Made by a program: the position numbers and the translations under genes. The notes under the pieces were generated by a model. It saw only the letters and a list, made by a program, of their open reading frames with translations. It was not told the DNA's origin and made no database searches. Positions 10,475-22,519 of a stretch of DNA of 33,570 bases are shown here, piece by piece. The number at the start of each line of letters is the position of its first letter. The stretch's first letter is position 1. The DNA comes from Octopus bimaculoides (lineage: Eukaryota). The DNA is taken from NCBI RefSeq assembly GCF_001194135.2, contig NC_068984.1:103159591-103193160 (forward strand), read 5' to 3'.

Positions 10475-10880
10475 AGCTTCAATCGGTTTCTGGTCAATCT
10501 AGATCAATCGAAATCTTTCGACTGGTTCGGCTATCGATACCCAGCGGCTTTGAAAAGTACAGCCTGTTTCGTCCTGTTTGGGGAGATTTGATCTCTTTCA
10601 TGTACAGCAGCAACTGCTCGTGGCTCAGATTAAATAATCTAAAAGAGGTCAGTCGCCTCCCGTAACCGTTTCGAATAACATTCTCGGTCAGTCTTTCGTG
10701 GGTACCTTTCCTATTGCTTGAGTACATTTTAAGCTTTTGAGTCTCTGCTGAGTAGGCTAGAAGACTTGAGACGTAAACTACTGGAACTGAGACCTCAGAC
10801 ATAATATGGCTCAAATCAGCAACCGCGATAATATGCTCAGTACAGGAGGAATTGAAATTATGGGGGTTATGTATACTTGT
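10475..10880 (+). mobile_element. L1/Tx1-clade LINE reverse transcriptase fragment, decayed
   Basis: Plus translation LVNLDQSKSFDW.GYRY.AALK; after frameshifts ISFMYS..QIN..PFRI..SV and ESLLSRLEDL. This matches the LDxxKAFDRV motif and the following segment of L1-clade RT. Confidence 0.8.
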
Positions 10881-11065
10881 ATGGAAGGGAGTAGTATATG
10901 TATATTCTGTCCATACCAGCTTTAAGATTATGGCTTCAGAACTGTTATTGTTATTTTAATTTTTTCTCGGTACTCTCATTCACGTAATTTCCAGTTTCTG
11001 TGTGTCAACGTTTCTCGTCCAAACGTCTTGTCTTGACAATTTATCGATCTATGTCCTTTTATTCG

Positions 11066-11290
11066 TTAAGACGGTAGAATATTATATAAACGGATTTGCC
11101 TACCACTTTGTGTAGGCTGTATAAGCACGTTTAGGTTCAGACTATTTTTAGCAATATAAAGTATTATATAGCTTTCTTTCATTTTGTAAATTATGTTTCT
11201 AACACCAGAATTTATCCTTGCTGCCTGCGTTCTTTCTATTTTTACATTTTCGTATTTTTTTCTTTTATCTCTTATGATTTTCTTTACCAA
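11066..11290 (-). mobile_element. Possible LINE (RTE-like) endonuclease-RT linker remnant
   Basis: VKKIIRDKRKKYEN..E...AARIN...R.IIYK loosely resembles the RTE linker; weak. Confidence 0.25.
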
Positions 11291-11439
11291 ATTTTCTCCA
11301 TAATGGTGAAGACAATCTTTCCTATTACATTTCCAGCAAAGATCTACATCTTTTTAAAGCAAATATATTTTTTATTTATCAACTATTTTCTCACGTCTAT
11401 TTTCTTCTACACTAACAGCATGTACCTGATTTTGTTGCC

Positions 11440-11609
11440 TTTACATATACACTCACACACAAGCACAAATACATGCACACACATGCGATGCACGCGCACA
11501 CAGATAAATATACAAATATATGTGCGTGTTGTGTATAGGATGCGTGCATTTGTGTGTGTTCACGCGCTCACACATACATGTGCATATCAATATTTGAATG
11601 TATATGTGT

Positions 11610-11666
<57 letters not shown>

Positions 11667-11700
11667 CACACACATACGTACTTATATATAAGTATACAAT

Positions 11701-11737
<37 letters not shown>

Positions 11738-11830
11738 CATGTATGTATACATATATTCATACATATAAATATATATATGCATATACAAAAACACATTCAT
11801 TTATGTGCATGTGTGTGCGTAGGATTAGGT
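11440..11830. repeat. (CA)/(TA)n low-complexity block
   Basis: Directly visible. Confidence 0.92.
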
Positions 11831-12439
11831 ATGCGTGTATAGAGTTAGTTGTCTGTGTTTATATATGTCTATGACATTCTCTTTCCATATATTCTTTTCC
11901 TGTATTATTTATGTATGGTCGTTCCTAATAATTCTGACCCCCACCTCCAACTCACTCTCTTTAATAAATATAGTTTCCTTGTATTGTGAAGAAATAAAAA
12001 AAATACGTTTTCTCTTCCCACCCCTCCCCACTTCACACATTTTTTTCTTTTGTGTACTTATTGTTTTCTTCTTTCACATACCATTATTCTTATAATAGAC
12101 GGCAACAGAATGTTCATGCAATGTTGATTTACTGATGATTTACAGTCTTACCATTTCATCAATCTAACTGTGTAGACTGATTGACATTTATTTGACTTTG
12201 TCATTTCTGAATCATTGTAATGTCACCAATTCCCTTCTCGCTCTAGTTGTAATTATTATTATGGCAGTGAACTCACGCATGTTGCTAATGCTGGGCATTG
12301 AGCAGCACTGACCCTCACTATTCAATGGTGCACTCCCAGATTTAGAAAATACAGTTTACAAAAATCTTCCGTAATACAAATTTGTGCCCACCCAGAATAT
12401 TCTGAAATACCCCAGGCACCAAAGTCTGGCGACGGGCTT

Positions 12440-12766
12440 TGGTGGGCTTACAGAATCATTACGACCTCGGACAATATGTTTAGCGGCATTTCCCTTTGTT
12501 CTGAGTTCAAATATTTTGCTTTTCATCCTATCGGGGTTGATGAAAATAAGTAGATGAGCCGTGGGGTAAATATAATCGACTAGCCCCAGTTTGATATAAC
12601 CGACTTGCCTCTACCCACCAAATTGCAGGTTTTGTGCCTATAGTAGAAAAGATTATTTGAATTCAAATCCTGCCTAGATCGACTATGCCTTTCATCCTTT
12701 CGAAGTCGATAAAATAGTAGCAGTAGAGCACTGGAGTCGATGTAAATAACTTATCCCCTCCCCTGG
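12440..12766 (+). mobile_element. Two adjacent SINE family A copies (12440-12658 decayed; 12660-12766 3' part)
   Basis: Matches to gagttcaaat, gcctttcatcctttcg..gtcgataaaat and agtagaaaagatt. Confidence 0.8.
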
Positions 12767-12768
12767 AA

Positions 12769-12789
12769 TCATCATCATCATCATCATCA

Positions 12790-12869
<80 letters not shown>
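12769..12869. repeat. (CAT)n-(ATT)n array
   Basis: Directly visible. Confidence 0.97.
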
Positions 12870-12871
<2 letters not shown>

Positions 12872-13146
12872 GGCGACGAGCTGGCAGAATCGTTACCGCA
12901 CCGGGCAAAATGTTTAGCGGCATTTCGTCTGTCTTTACNNNNNNNNNNGCAAAAGCGTTAACACGCCGGGCGCAAAATGCTCAGCGATATTTCGCCCGTC
13001 TTTACTCTCTGACCTCAAATTCCGCCGAAGTCGACTTTGCCTTTCCTCCTTTTGAGGTCGATAAAATAAGTACAGTTAATCACTGAGTCGATGTAATCGA
13101 CTTACCCACGCCGCCGAAACTGCTGGCCTTATGCCAAAATTTGAAA

Positions 13147-13148
<2 letters not shown>
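12870..13148 (+). mobile_element. SINE family A; head duplicated across a 10-N gap, followed by (ATT)n
   Basis: aaggcgacgagctggcagaatcgtt...; B-box-like cctcaaattcc; 3' end gccaaaatttgaaatc then attatt. Confidence 0.88.
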
Positions 13149-13190
<42 letters not shown>

Positions 13191-13193
<3 letters not shown>

Positions 13194-13950
13194 TCAAAAT
13201 TTTCTTGTGTCTCAGCTCTATGATGAAATTTAGGTGGATTTATTCTTGGACAATAAATCACCACCTGTGACTTCAGCTATCTAAGAACTTTTAAATGATT
13301 TTCATCCTTCCTAACATGCTGGTCAGTTTCGTGTAAAGTACCCGCTTCCGCAAGCCAATTTGTTTTTTGCCTACGCCTTGACTCTCTTCTCCGTCTTTGC
13401 TAAAGTTCCAATGACAATTGGTGCGACCTAACTTTTTCTGCAAAACCACAGTCTGCTTAGCTCTCTCTTCAGGTTCTGATATACATCTGCCTTGTCGACT
13501 TCTTTTTCTTTTATTTGATACAAGTATCAAACGGCAGGCCGCATCAATTATGTTATAATTCCGTTCTCTTTTCTCAAACATTATGTTCTAGGACATGATC
13601 CGTTCGGATAAGAAAGCCCCAAAGAAATTTAACCTCATCATTTTCAGTCACTCTTTCAGGTGCATGTTCATGCTGTCTGTGTCCTGAGGGAAGTTCATAC
13701 TCTCCACACAGTTCCTAATAAATGATCTTTGCATTATTATGTCTTCCAGATTTATACTGTTCTTATGCGAGTTTAGAGCATTCACTTACTACGTGGTTTA
13801 CTTTTACTTCTGATTCATCGCACAATCTGCACAATAACGATACATTGACTCCTTTCCGACATTTTGTATTATCTGCGCAGAGGGATTGATCCTGAGCTAC
13901 CACATTAAATCCTTGTTTCTTTTCTGAGAATTTCCTTTTTCAACCAATTC
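13191..13950 (-). mobile_element. R4/Dong-type (RLE) non-LTR retrotransposon 3' fragment, decayed
   Basis: Minus translation AQDQSL, LCRLCDESEVKVNHVVSECSKLA (CCHC), EHAPERVTENDEVKFLWGFLIRTDHVLEH, IIDAAC, MLGRMKII; (AAT)n tail at 13190-13150. Confidence 0.9.
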
Positions 13951-14016
13951 CAAGTACCTTCACTTGGAATTCATTTCTTTCCACCTCAGTATTTTTCATA
14001 AATTGAGTGTTTTCCA

Positions 14017-14070
<54 letters not shown>

Positions 14071-14104
14071 CATTATTATGATTATGATTATTTTTATTAT
14101 TATT

Positions 14105-14540
14105 AAGGTGACAAGTTTGCAAAACCGTTAGGACACTGACCAAAATGCTTAGCAGTATTTCGCCCGTCGCTACGTTCTGAGTTCAAATTCTGTCGATGTC
14201 GACTTTACCTTTAATCCTTTCGGGTTCGATAAATTAAGTACCAGTGAAATACTGGGGTCGATGTAATCGACTAGTCCCCTCCCACAAAAAATGTCAAGCC
14301 TTGTGTCTTTAGGCGAAAGGATTATTAAGACGGCAAGCTTGCAGTACCGCTAACTCGCCGGACAAAATGTTAAACATCATTTCGTCCGTCTTTACGTTAT
14401 GAGTTCAAATGCCGACGAGGTCGACTTTGCCTTTCATTCTTTTGGGACAGACAAAATAAGTACCAGTCACACACTGGGGTCGATGAAGTCTACTTACCCC
14501 ACCCCTAAAATTGCTGGCCTTGTGCCAAATTTTGAAACCA
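14105..14540 (+). mobile_element. Two tandem SINE family A copies (14105-14323; 14327-14540)
   Basis: Each has the aag-g/ac head, gagttcaaat B-box-like motif, gtcgacttt.cc and ctggggtcgatg; the copies are separated and flanked by att repeats. Confidence 0.9.
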
Positions 14541-14584
14541 TTATTATTACTATCAGTGTTAGTATTAGTATTAGTATTATACAA

Positions 14585-15000
14585 AAGCTCCTAGATATTT
14601 ATTTAATTAGCATGGATATTCCTGAGGTGTGGTGAAAAGCAAATCTTTACAAATCTCCTGAATTTTCCTTGGGATTCTTTCAGAATAAATGATGGCACTT
14701 CACAGCTAGACGACAATGATTGCCTCAGTTTCAATATTTTTTAATCGGTAATAGTAGCAGTTTGGCTGTTGTGCCAATTATTACAGGAACAATTGTTATT
14801 ATTGTCTTCCCCAATCTCTTGCTCTCTAGGGCAAGATTCTAACATTTCTCAATTTCCTTAATTTCTTTAGTATCCATTCTACGTTTATATGGTATTGCAA
14901 ATTCTATTATCTTACACGGTTTGTACTTTCTGTCCTCTATGAGTATACCTGGTCTTCTTGCTTAGATAGTATGGTCAGCCTTATTCAAACAATCTCATAA
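14585..15000 (-). mobile_element. R4/Dong-type (RLE) endonuclease 3' fragment, decayed
   Basis: Minus translation DHTI.ARRPGILIEDRK..CKIIEFAIPY..R.D.KE..EIEK..NLA.E.KRL...TIVPVIIG, the PD-(D/E)xK-type RLE signature. Confidence 0.85.
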
Positions 15001-15011
15001 AATCATATAAA

Positions 15012-15161
15012 CATTATCATCATCATCATCATCATCGTCGTCGTCGTCATCATCATCGTCGTCATGAGCAGCAGCAGCAGTAGCAGCAGCAACAACAGCA
15101 GCAGGAATAGTAGCAGCGGCAGCAGCAACGATAGCAGCAGTTGTAGAAGCAGCAGCATCGT

Positions 15162-15195
<34 letters not shown>

Positions 15196-15215
15196 TTTGT
15201 TTTTGTCATCGTTTT
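15012..15215. repeat. Compound trinucleotide array (CAT)/(CGT)/(GCA)/(GTA)n
   Basis: Directly visible. Confidence 0.95.
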
Positions 15216-15659
15216 TCAAATTTTTGGAGTATGGAGTTAAATTAAGTGGAAAACTGTTTTAATTAAATTACAATTTCTTCTTATAAAGGTAATTAATTAA
15301 TTGCTTGTATTTTTTTCTGTTTAGGGGCAAATGCTTTTAATATGCGAAGAAAATATTATCTTCTTAATTCGTAAACAAATGAAATTGCTTCTTCAAGCGG
15401 AACGCCCCAGAAAAATTGGCGCCGCAACGAACACGTATTTAAAAACGTTAAACGGCGGGTGGGAAGAAGGAAGATGTACAAAGACACTCCATAACAAATC
15501 CTGCGCTCCTGCACATTTTGTAAGAAAAAAAAAGTGACATTTCTGTAGATAGCAACATTCCTGGAAACATTTCTAGCCACAATTATAGGGACAAAAACAA
15601 AAGCAAAAACAGTAACAAACACTCTGTAACACTCACGCTCATATATTTCAAAGCAAGAG

Positions 15660-16460
15660 TATGAACTCTAATGGAAGATGTTTCATCGACATTGCTAAAC
15701 CCGAACAGTTTGGTGTCAAAATCAAATCTAGTCAAAGTAAGAGTGTATCTTCTTTGGTTGATAAATTTGTTAGGGCATGAGGGATGTGATTTATATCTGC
15801 TTCACGAAAGCGGAAATATGTTTGGTGTGCTGGCAAAAGAGTAACTAAAGTAAGCTTTGGCCGACTCATGAACTAGTGTGTTCTCACTTGATTAGAGAAC
15901 ATAATAGTCAGTTTTGCCTTCAAGACTGAGAGCGAGGTGAAGTTACACGCTGAGCAAGTGAACTACACACCTATTTGTAGGCTGATACCACCCTGCATGG
16001 CACAGAGGAATTCAAGAGTTTCAATGGGAAACAGTAATCTCTGACTTTCTTTCAACTTTGTGGCTCAGTATGGGTAGATGGTGAATGCAAAGGTGATGAA
16101 AAGTGAATTGTGATTAAAAGAGAGTGCAAATAACCCACTCCACAGAAATCGCTTAGCCATTCCGGGGCTGAGTTTTGTCATGGGCGCAATAACAAAAGAA
16201 ATGAGATTGGCAGTACTAGTCAACCATCCAAAAGTTAAACTTTGGCCCAAATGAGACACTTGTTGGCTTTTTGCCTTGAGGAAGAGATAGTGTAGCACTC
16301 AGGAACAGAAAGAGCAACAGCAATCGTAGTTGAATGAGGCTACTCTTTCGATAACCCTGCTCACGCACCAACGGTTTCAACTCCGATGATGGTCGAGAAA
16401 CCAGCTTTGCCCACAACTTCAGAAACTGAGGAAACAATGGTCCTCTTCTCAGCAGTGTCA
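15660..16460 (+). mobile_element. Probable decayed L1/Tx1 ORF1 (gag-like) remnant
   Basis: One frame stays protein-like across sporadic stops (YVWCAGKRVTKVSFGRL..ENIIVSFAFKTESEVKL..IP..RLAVLV) and is followed by a P/T/E-rich segment; resembles Tx1-type ORF1 from memory. Confidence 0.4.
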
Positions 16461-16923
16461 CCTTATCATTTGATGATGCTGGGGAACAAATTTAGATTGG
16501 AGAGGAGTTTTTGATGAAGAATGAACGGAGAAGTGTTGTTAAGTAAAAAAAAATATATGTATATATACAGAAAAATAGTACAAGAAGGATCCCCTTCTAC
16601 GGAATAATATAAGGTTAACGGACAGCGATTGAGATATGTGATCTTTACATGAAAGCTGGGCGCTCTGAAATGTAAAATATTGACGATATACTGCATTATA
16701 GTGTGTTGTTAAATACCGCAATCAATGGTCTACGATAACGTCAAACAAGCTTTCCCAGACGATGGCAGATGTTTTCTACATCGCCCAGCACAAAAAATAC
16801 CTACGAACACATCTTGGTCGCCTGGTTCCAAAACGATGAGGGCCAAGTGGGCAGAGACGTGGTTTATTTATTTGTTTGTTTGTCTGCTCTTTTTATCAAG
16901 GAAATGTTTTTTTATGTCTTATG

Positions 16924-17100
16924 GCAGTGGTATGGCAGTATCGTTAGAGCGCCGGACAAAATGATTTATGGTATTTAGTTACTGCTCTTCGCTTTATGAG
17001 TTTCAATTTTGCCGAGGTCGATTTTGCACTTCAGGTTTCCGAGGTCAATAAAATAAAGACCTGTCTTTAACTTAGTCGATGCAATTGATTACTCCCCTGC
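16924..17100 (+). mobile_element. SINE family A, old copy
   Basis: tggcagtatcgttagagcgccggacaaaatg...gccgaggtcgattttgc...gaggtcaataaaataa. Confidence 0.78.
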
Positions 17101-17601
17101 CAAGTATTTGTTATCTCAGAAATAGTTGTCATATGTTATAGTATTATATATCGTGTAATAATAGGGTGACGTATACATTTCATATTAAAATTCAATTTGC
17201 AGTAGGCAATATAAAATTTTGTTATACGATAAAATTGTAATTTAACATTTTATTCAGAATATTTCATAATGTTATGAAGATTACGATTCCCAGCAATATC
17301 TAGATTTCACGATATCTCACTGAATGTAGCTTAACAGTATTCATATTACATCACTGTTAGCTGCAGATTGTAGTTTACAATATTTACAACATATTATAAT
17401 ATGGTACATGGTAAAGTTTTCACATCAATTATTTACAACAATCTCCTAATGTGCTATACGTTACCCAGTGCAGCATGTCACCCTCTTACTGTATCTTGAG
17501 ACTTATCAAATGAATAAATGAATATTTCATCTTATTGTTCTTACAGAAGAACAGCTACATGTACGTAAAGAAATTAATTATATATACATATACATACATG
17601 C

Positions 17602-17638
<37 letters not shown>

Positions 17639-18446
17639 NNNNNNNNNNNNNNNNNNNNNNNNNNNNNNNNNNNNNNNNNNNNNNNNNNNNNNNNNNNNNN
17701 NNNNNNNNNNNNNNNNNNNNNNNNNNNNNNNNNNNNNNNNNNNNNNNNNNNNNNNNNNNNNNNNNNNNNNNNNNNNNNNNNNNNNNNNNNNNNNNNNNNN
17801 NNNNNNNNNNNNNNNNNNNNNNNNNNNNNNNNNNNNNNNNNNNNNNNNNNNNNNNNNNNNNNNNNNNNNNNNNNNNNNNNNNNNNNNNNNNNNNNNNNNN
17901 NNNNNNNNNNNNNNNNNNNNNNNNNNNNNNNNNNNNNNNNNNNNNNNNNNNNNNNNNNNNNNNNNNNNNNNNNNNNNNNNNNNNNNNNNNNNNNNNNNNN
18001 NNNNNNNNNNNNNNNNNNNNNNNNNNNNNNNNNNNNNNNNNNNNNNNATATATATATATATATATAATTATATACATGAATATATATGCATATATAAATA
18101 TATGTATAAGTATGTAAATACTTATATGTATGTATGTGTGTATATGTGTGTTAGAGGAAAAAAGACAAAACCTTGTTTTGTTGTATTTTTTCCTCTAGTA
18201 TATATCTGGGAAACCTGCAACGGATCTAGCTCCTGTCTCAGCTGTGAACTTGGAACCTAACAGTTAACCGGTTATAGCACTTATGCAGCGTACCTATTCG
18301 TTTAGATCACCAGTGAACTAAGCACCTCATATTCTTTATATATATATATAATTAATAATATCGAAGGGTAATTAGAAATATTAGAAATTTCTACTATCAG
18401 TGGCCTAGCGTGTAAAAATTTACTCCATAGACTATATATTATTCAT

Positions 18447-18608
18447 ATAAATACAGTGTACATTTAAACATATAAGAGGTATCCATCATAGGATTCCCTA
18501 ACGCAGGAAAGAACAGCTAATAGTGGTGTTTGAAACTTAGCTGTTCTTTCTAGTGTAAGGGAATCCTATAATGGATACCACTTATGCGTTTAAATGTACA
18601 CTGTATTT

Positions 18609-18610
<2 letters not shown>
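18447..18610. mobile_element. Foldback element: 74-bp inverted arms, 16-nt loop
   Basis: 18447-18520 is complementary to 18537-18610 with a few mismatches. Confidence 0.88.
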
Positions 18611-18678
<68 letters not shown>

Positions 18679-18679
<1 letters not shown>

Positions 18680-19087
18680 TACAGTGTACATTTAAACACA
18701 TAAGAGGTATCCATCATAGGATTCCCTCCTACCATCCAATAACGTCATTCATTGCTGAATGATGTTGCCTCACACCCTGTGTATGTGGAAAATTTTCTCC
18801 CGAGACTATTGACGCAGCGAAAGGTCTCCTCACGTCCGAGTATACAACAACATATTACACATTGTACACCTATATATATATTCATACACACACATAGTAG
18901 AAGCAACGGTGTAAGTCAAGGGTAAAAAGTTCCGTGCTTTGGCATTTATCAAACAAGAAAGTTTGATAAGTGCCAATGCACGAAACTTTCGGCCTTTAGG
19001 TCACTGTGTTGCTTTTGCTAAATATTAATAAAAATATACATATACTCAAATTTTGAGTTCGATTTTTCGTGTTTGCATCACCATACC

Positions 19088-19128
<41 letters not shown>

Positions 19129-19190
19129 CTGTTCTTTCTAGTGTGAGGGAATCCTATGATGGATACCTCTTATGTGTTTAAATGTACACT

Positions 19191-19198
<8 letters not shown>
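18679..19198. mobile_element. Second copy of the same inverted-repeat termini enclosing ~400 bp (MITE-like)
   Basis: 18679-18728 is the exact reverse complement of the corresponding 50 nt within 19126-19198. Confidence 0.8.
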
Positions 19199-19240
<42 letters not shown>

Positions 19241-19693
19241 TACTCTATTTAAAAGAATAACCACACCTTATCAAATATTAACTGACTTTTATATGTGTTA
19301 GCCCCTCGCCAACTACTTAGACCCTCTGAAGAAGCCTAGGGGCACATCCATTATCCAAGCCTTGTCTGTTCATCCCTGCATAACATTGAAATGATGGAGA
19401 AAAAACGTGGAAGATTTTGTTGCCTCTTGGCAGAAACGGCCGGAAGGAACTAGTACCTACACACCCATTTATATTTTTGCTCATTTGCTCATTTATTTCA
19501 ATATACTTATATGTATTCACTCCTTTGTCTATGCAGTTACCAGGTTTTTCCACTCGCTAATCTGTATAACTCATACGTGTCAGTGTATTCATCCTTTACA
19601 ATTGAATAAATAGACATACTTGAATGTTTACTGGCTGATGACTGTCGATTTTATATCCTCTCCGTTTCCTTATTTGCCGGATACATATATATA

Positions 19694-19889
19694 GGGAGAG
19701 AATTCACAACAAAAAAAACCAAAGACGAAGACAGGTGGTGTAGACAACAAACAGATGTATTTGTTTAACGCTCGGGAAGTGAAAAAGTCTTTAACGTTTC
19801 GAGCCTACGCTCTTCCACAGAAAGGAACACAGAAAGAAACAAGGAGAGAAAATAAAGAATGTGTAGTGGCTAGCGATCTATCATGGCGA
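19694..19889 (-). mobile_element. Hammerhead-like-motif repeat, copy B (complete, ~196 bp)
   Basis: Minus strand CTTT-CTGTGGAA-GAGC-GTAG-GCTC-GAAACGTT-AAAG; homologous to copies A and C. Confidence 0.78.
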
Positions 19890-19934
19890 TCTAACATGGC
19901 TATCATATATATACATAGATTACAGGAATCTTAA

Positions 19935-20055
19935 CAGCTACGGTCAACCAAATTCACTCACAATGCATTGGTCAGCCCGGGGCTATAGTAGAAGACACTT
20001 CTCCAAGGAACTGCATAAGGGAATTGAACTGGAAACTATGTTGTTACAAAGCCTA
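19935..20055 (-). mobile_element. SINE family C, decayed
   Basis: Reverse complement is homologous to 3352-3515. Confidence 0.65.
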
Positions 20056-20365
20056 CAATACAGACATGTGGGCGTGTGTTCGTGCGTGTGTGCGTGCGTG
20101 CGTGCATGCGTGTGTGTGTGTGTGTTTTAAAGGGTAAAAACACACTCCGTAGTAACTTTCAGTCGATGTTTTATTTATATTCAAGTTAGACATCAAAGTT
20201 CCATAGGGCGAGCCATGGAGATAAATAGGGTTCGGCCAATATGCATTATCTGTATCACCTAATTGATCTTGTGACTTGGTAACAGCCAACACAAATGAAG
20301 GGATTATAAGAAAACGCTTCCTTTACATTGTGTTGCATCACATGGGGCTCATCATTCTTATTTAG

Positions 20366-20522
20366 TCTGAACCATATCATGGGAAGTGCGCATCTATCCT
20401 GGACATTTTGAATGAACATGCCCCACGATCCTTTCAAGATCATTTTGCTAGTAAAGAGGCTATTTATGTTCAAGCTATACTGGGATTTAACATGCATTTA
20501 GTATTCCAGAACATTGTTTCTG
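20366..20522 (+). CDS. Candidate internal coding exon, unidentified protein (SEPYHGKCASILDILNEHAPRSFQDHFASKEAIYVQAILGFNMHLVFQNIVS), phase 0 to 1
   Basis: Acceptor tcattcttatttag, donor G|gtgagc, 52 open codons bounded by stops just outside the splice sites, hand-counted GC1 ~52% versus GC3 ~31%. No TE motif recognised. Confidence 0.55.
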
Positions 20523-21339
20523 GTGAGCTGAAATAACAATTTATGTACTGTGTAGTTTTATCATGAACAAAACCAATGCAATTTTATATTTGTATGTGAG
20601 TGTAGTCATACCCATTATATATTCACACAGTTTATTGAAGAAGAAACTTCAGAATTGAGGTGACAGTTTTTGTAGGCGAGATATTTGTCGTATGGTAATT
20701 TCGGTTACCAACTTAACAAACATTGTTATAATATAGTCATTTCGATAAAAAAAAAAGATGGATTTAAATTTGCTCAAGACAAGGATCTAACGTTTCTTTT
20801 TTTAATATTGTAGAGGGTTGACTCTGTTATTAGCTTTGGAAGCTCTATACACACCTCACACATACGCAGACAAAGACTCGCACATTCATACACAAAACAG
20901 AAGTATACAAAGACACGCTCATTCACACACGCAAACACAATTTTATCAATTTCCTTGAAGTCATTGAAGTCTTTTGTTTCTTTTGTTTCTTTTGTTATTC
21001 AATAGAATAAAAGAATATCATTGAAGTTTTGGCGGTTTTTTTTATTCAGTTAAATAAGAGAATATCTGGACAGTTCCGAAAGTGGATTCGTAGAGCTGTA
21101 TTAATGTAATAAATTTCAGCTTCTATATATTAGAACTACTAATCACGATAATCTGAGGAATTTTGCACCGGGAAAAGTGTTTTGTTTTTGACAGTCAACA
21201 GTAAATTCTCTTAGCTTGTTTTGGATAAACTACAGATATTCTAAGATCTTTTGTCCCCATTCACGTATTCCATGTTTCCATGTTGCTGTTATTTTGTACA
21301 ACATACATAAGAGGATGGAATCTCAGAATAGAGTTACTT

Positions 21340-21960
21340 GTTGGAAGCTTCATCATAATCTGATACCATATCCTGTATTGTGGTAACGCTCTTTCATATT
21401 ACATTGTGACCTCTTAACTCTTGCTATGATGATAACGATATCACCTTACATCGAACTTGTGTTTCGCTTCTATTCGCAGCATTTGTAAAGCTATCAGTAA
21501 TCCTCCGTAATCTTCTGTCGTCAACTGTCCCTGGTGTTAGCTGATATATTTTCAGTTCTTAGCCCTACTGTTGACATAATTTGCTGCTCTGCTGTGTGAA
21601 AAAGAATCCATCTTTGACTTTCGCTTGCAATATTTTGTGTTGCATCATTGTAATCTTAGTTTAATCATCATCCTTTCTTTCAGCAACTGGTCAATCACAT
21701 AATCAACCTGTTTCTTCACACTAATAAAACACGGCAAGTGTCATTGGGTTGAGATTCGGACTTATTAAGTTTTGAAAGCTGCATCTGGATTTCTTGGATG
21801 AATACGGAAGCGTCAGTGACATTCCATGTGCATTACTGAAAGCTATTGCCACTTCATCAAATGTTGGTAAATTATAGATTCTTCTATGAGCGGAAAGATC
21901 TCTCGTAAACATTATACTTACTCTTTCATTTCTTCGTCCACTTCTCGTAGCAATATCTAC
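21340..21960 (-). mobile_element. Helitron Rep/helicase N-terminal remnant, decayed
   Basis: Minus translation in the expected order: MFTRDLSAHRRIYNLPTFDEVAI, ISPNLNPMT, E.G, KITMMQ, YI..HQGQLTTEDYGGL, KVISLSS, NMKERYHN. These parallel the conserved Helitron RRYNxPTxxEVA, DPMxYPL, QxxLRxExYxGL, ILPSSF and MxxRYQDAM blocks. Confidence 0.8.
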
Positions 21961-21974
21961 AACATTGAGTTTTG

Positions 21975-22135
<161 letters not shown>

Positions 22136-22139
22136 TGTT

Positions 22140-22518
22140 TTACTTCTCAGAAAATTCGGTCTTGTTTGTTCTGGTAGATTCTGTGAGAGCGGACATCAGC
22201 CTGCTGCCTGAGGTCTCATAGTGTCTCTTTCTGGACATTATAAGCTTTGATACTTGGTTGTTAATAATCGTGGGAGGCATTCAACATCCAACTACCAATC
22301 TCAAAATCCTAGCTGTCCCCAGCAGAGCAGTTTTCATGGGATTCCTCTGCTCTCATGCCAATACCGATTTCTTTGATATATTTCTCGAACTTGGTTGTTA
22401 GTGCTCCGAGTATCCCTACAACTAATGGAATGACAGACACTCTCCTCGTAGTCCACATACTTGCAATTTCGTCCTTTAGTAGTCTGTACTTTTCTATCTT
22501 TTCTAGTTCTTTGTCAGT
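22140..22518 (-). mobile_element. R4/Dong-type (RLE) element extreme 3' end
   Basis: Minus translation DKELEKIEKYRLLKDEIASMWTTRRVSVIPLVVGILGALTTKFEKYIKEIGI..KTALLGTARILRLV, then a 3' UTR and (AAT)n. Confidence 0.92.
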
Positions 22519-22519
22519 G

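Noticed and set aside
10494-10814. 106-aa minus-strand ORF
   Set aside because: It is the antisense shadow of the plus-strand L1/Tx1 RT remnant.
12870-12960. Apparent SINE head duplication as a dimeric SINE
   Set aside because: The junction is a 10-N scaffold gap, so adjacency is unverified.
20053-20497. Two overlapping minus-strand ORFs (79 and 80 aa)
   Set aside because: 20255-20497 is the codon-aligned antisense of the 20366-20522 candidate, and positional GC bias favours the plus strand. 20053-20292 runs into a microsatellite and has no recognisable motif.
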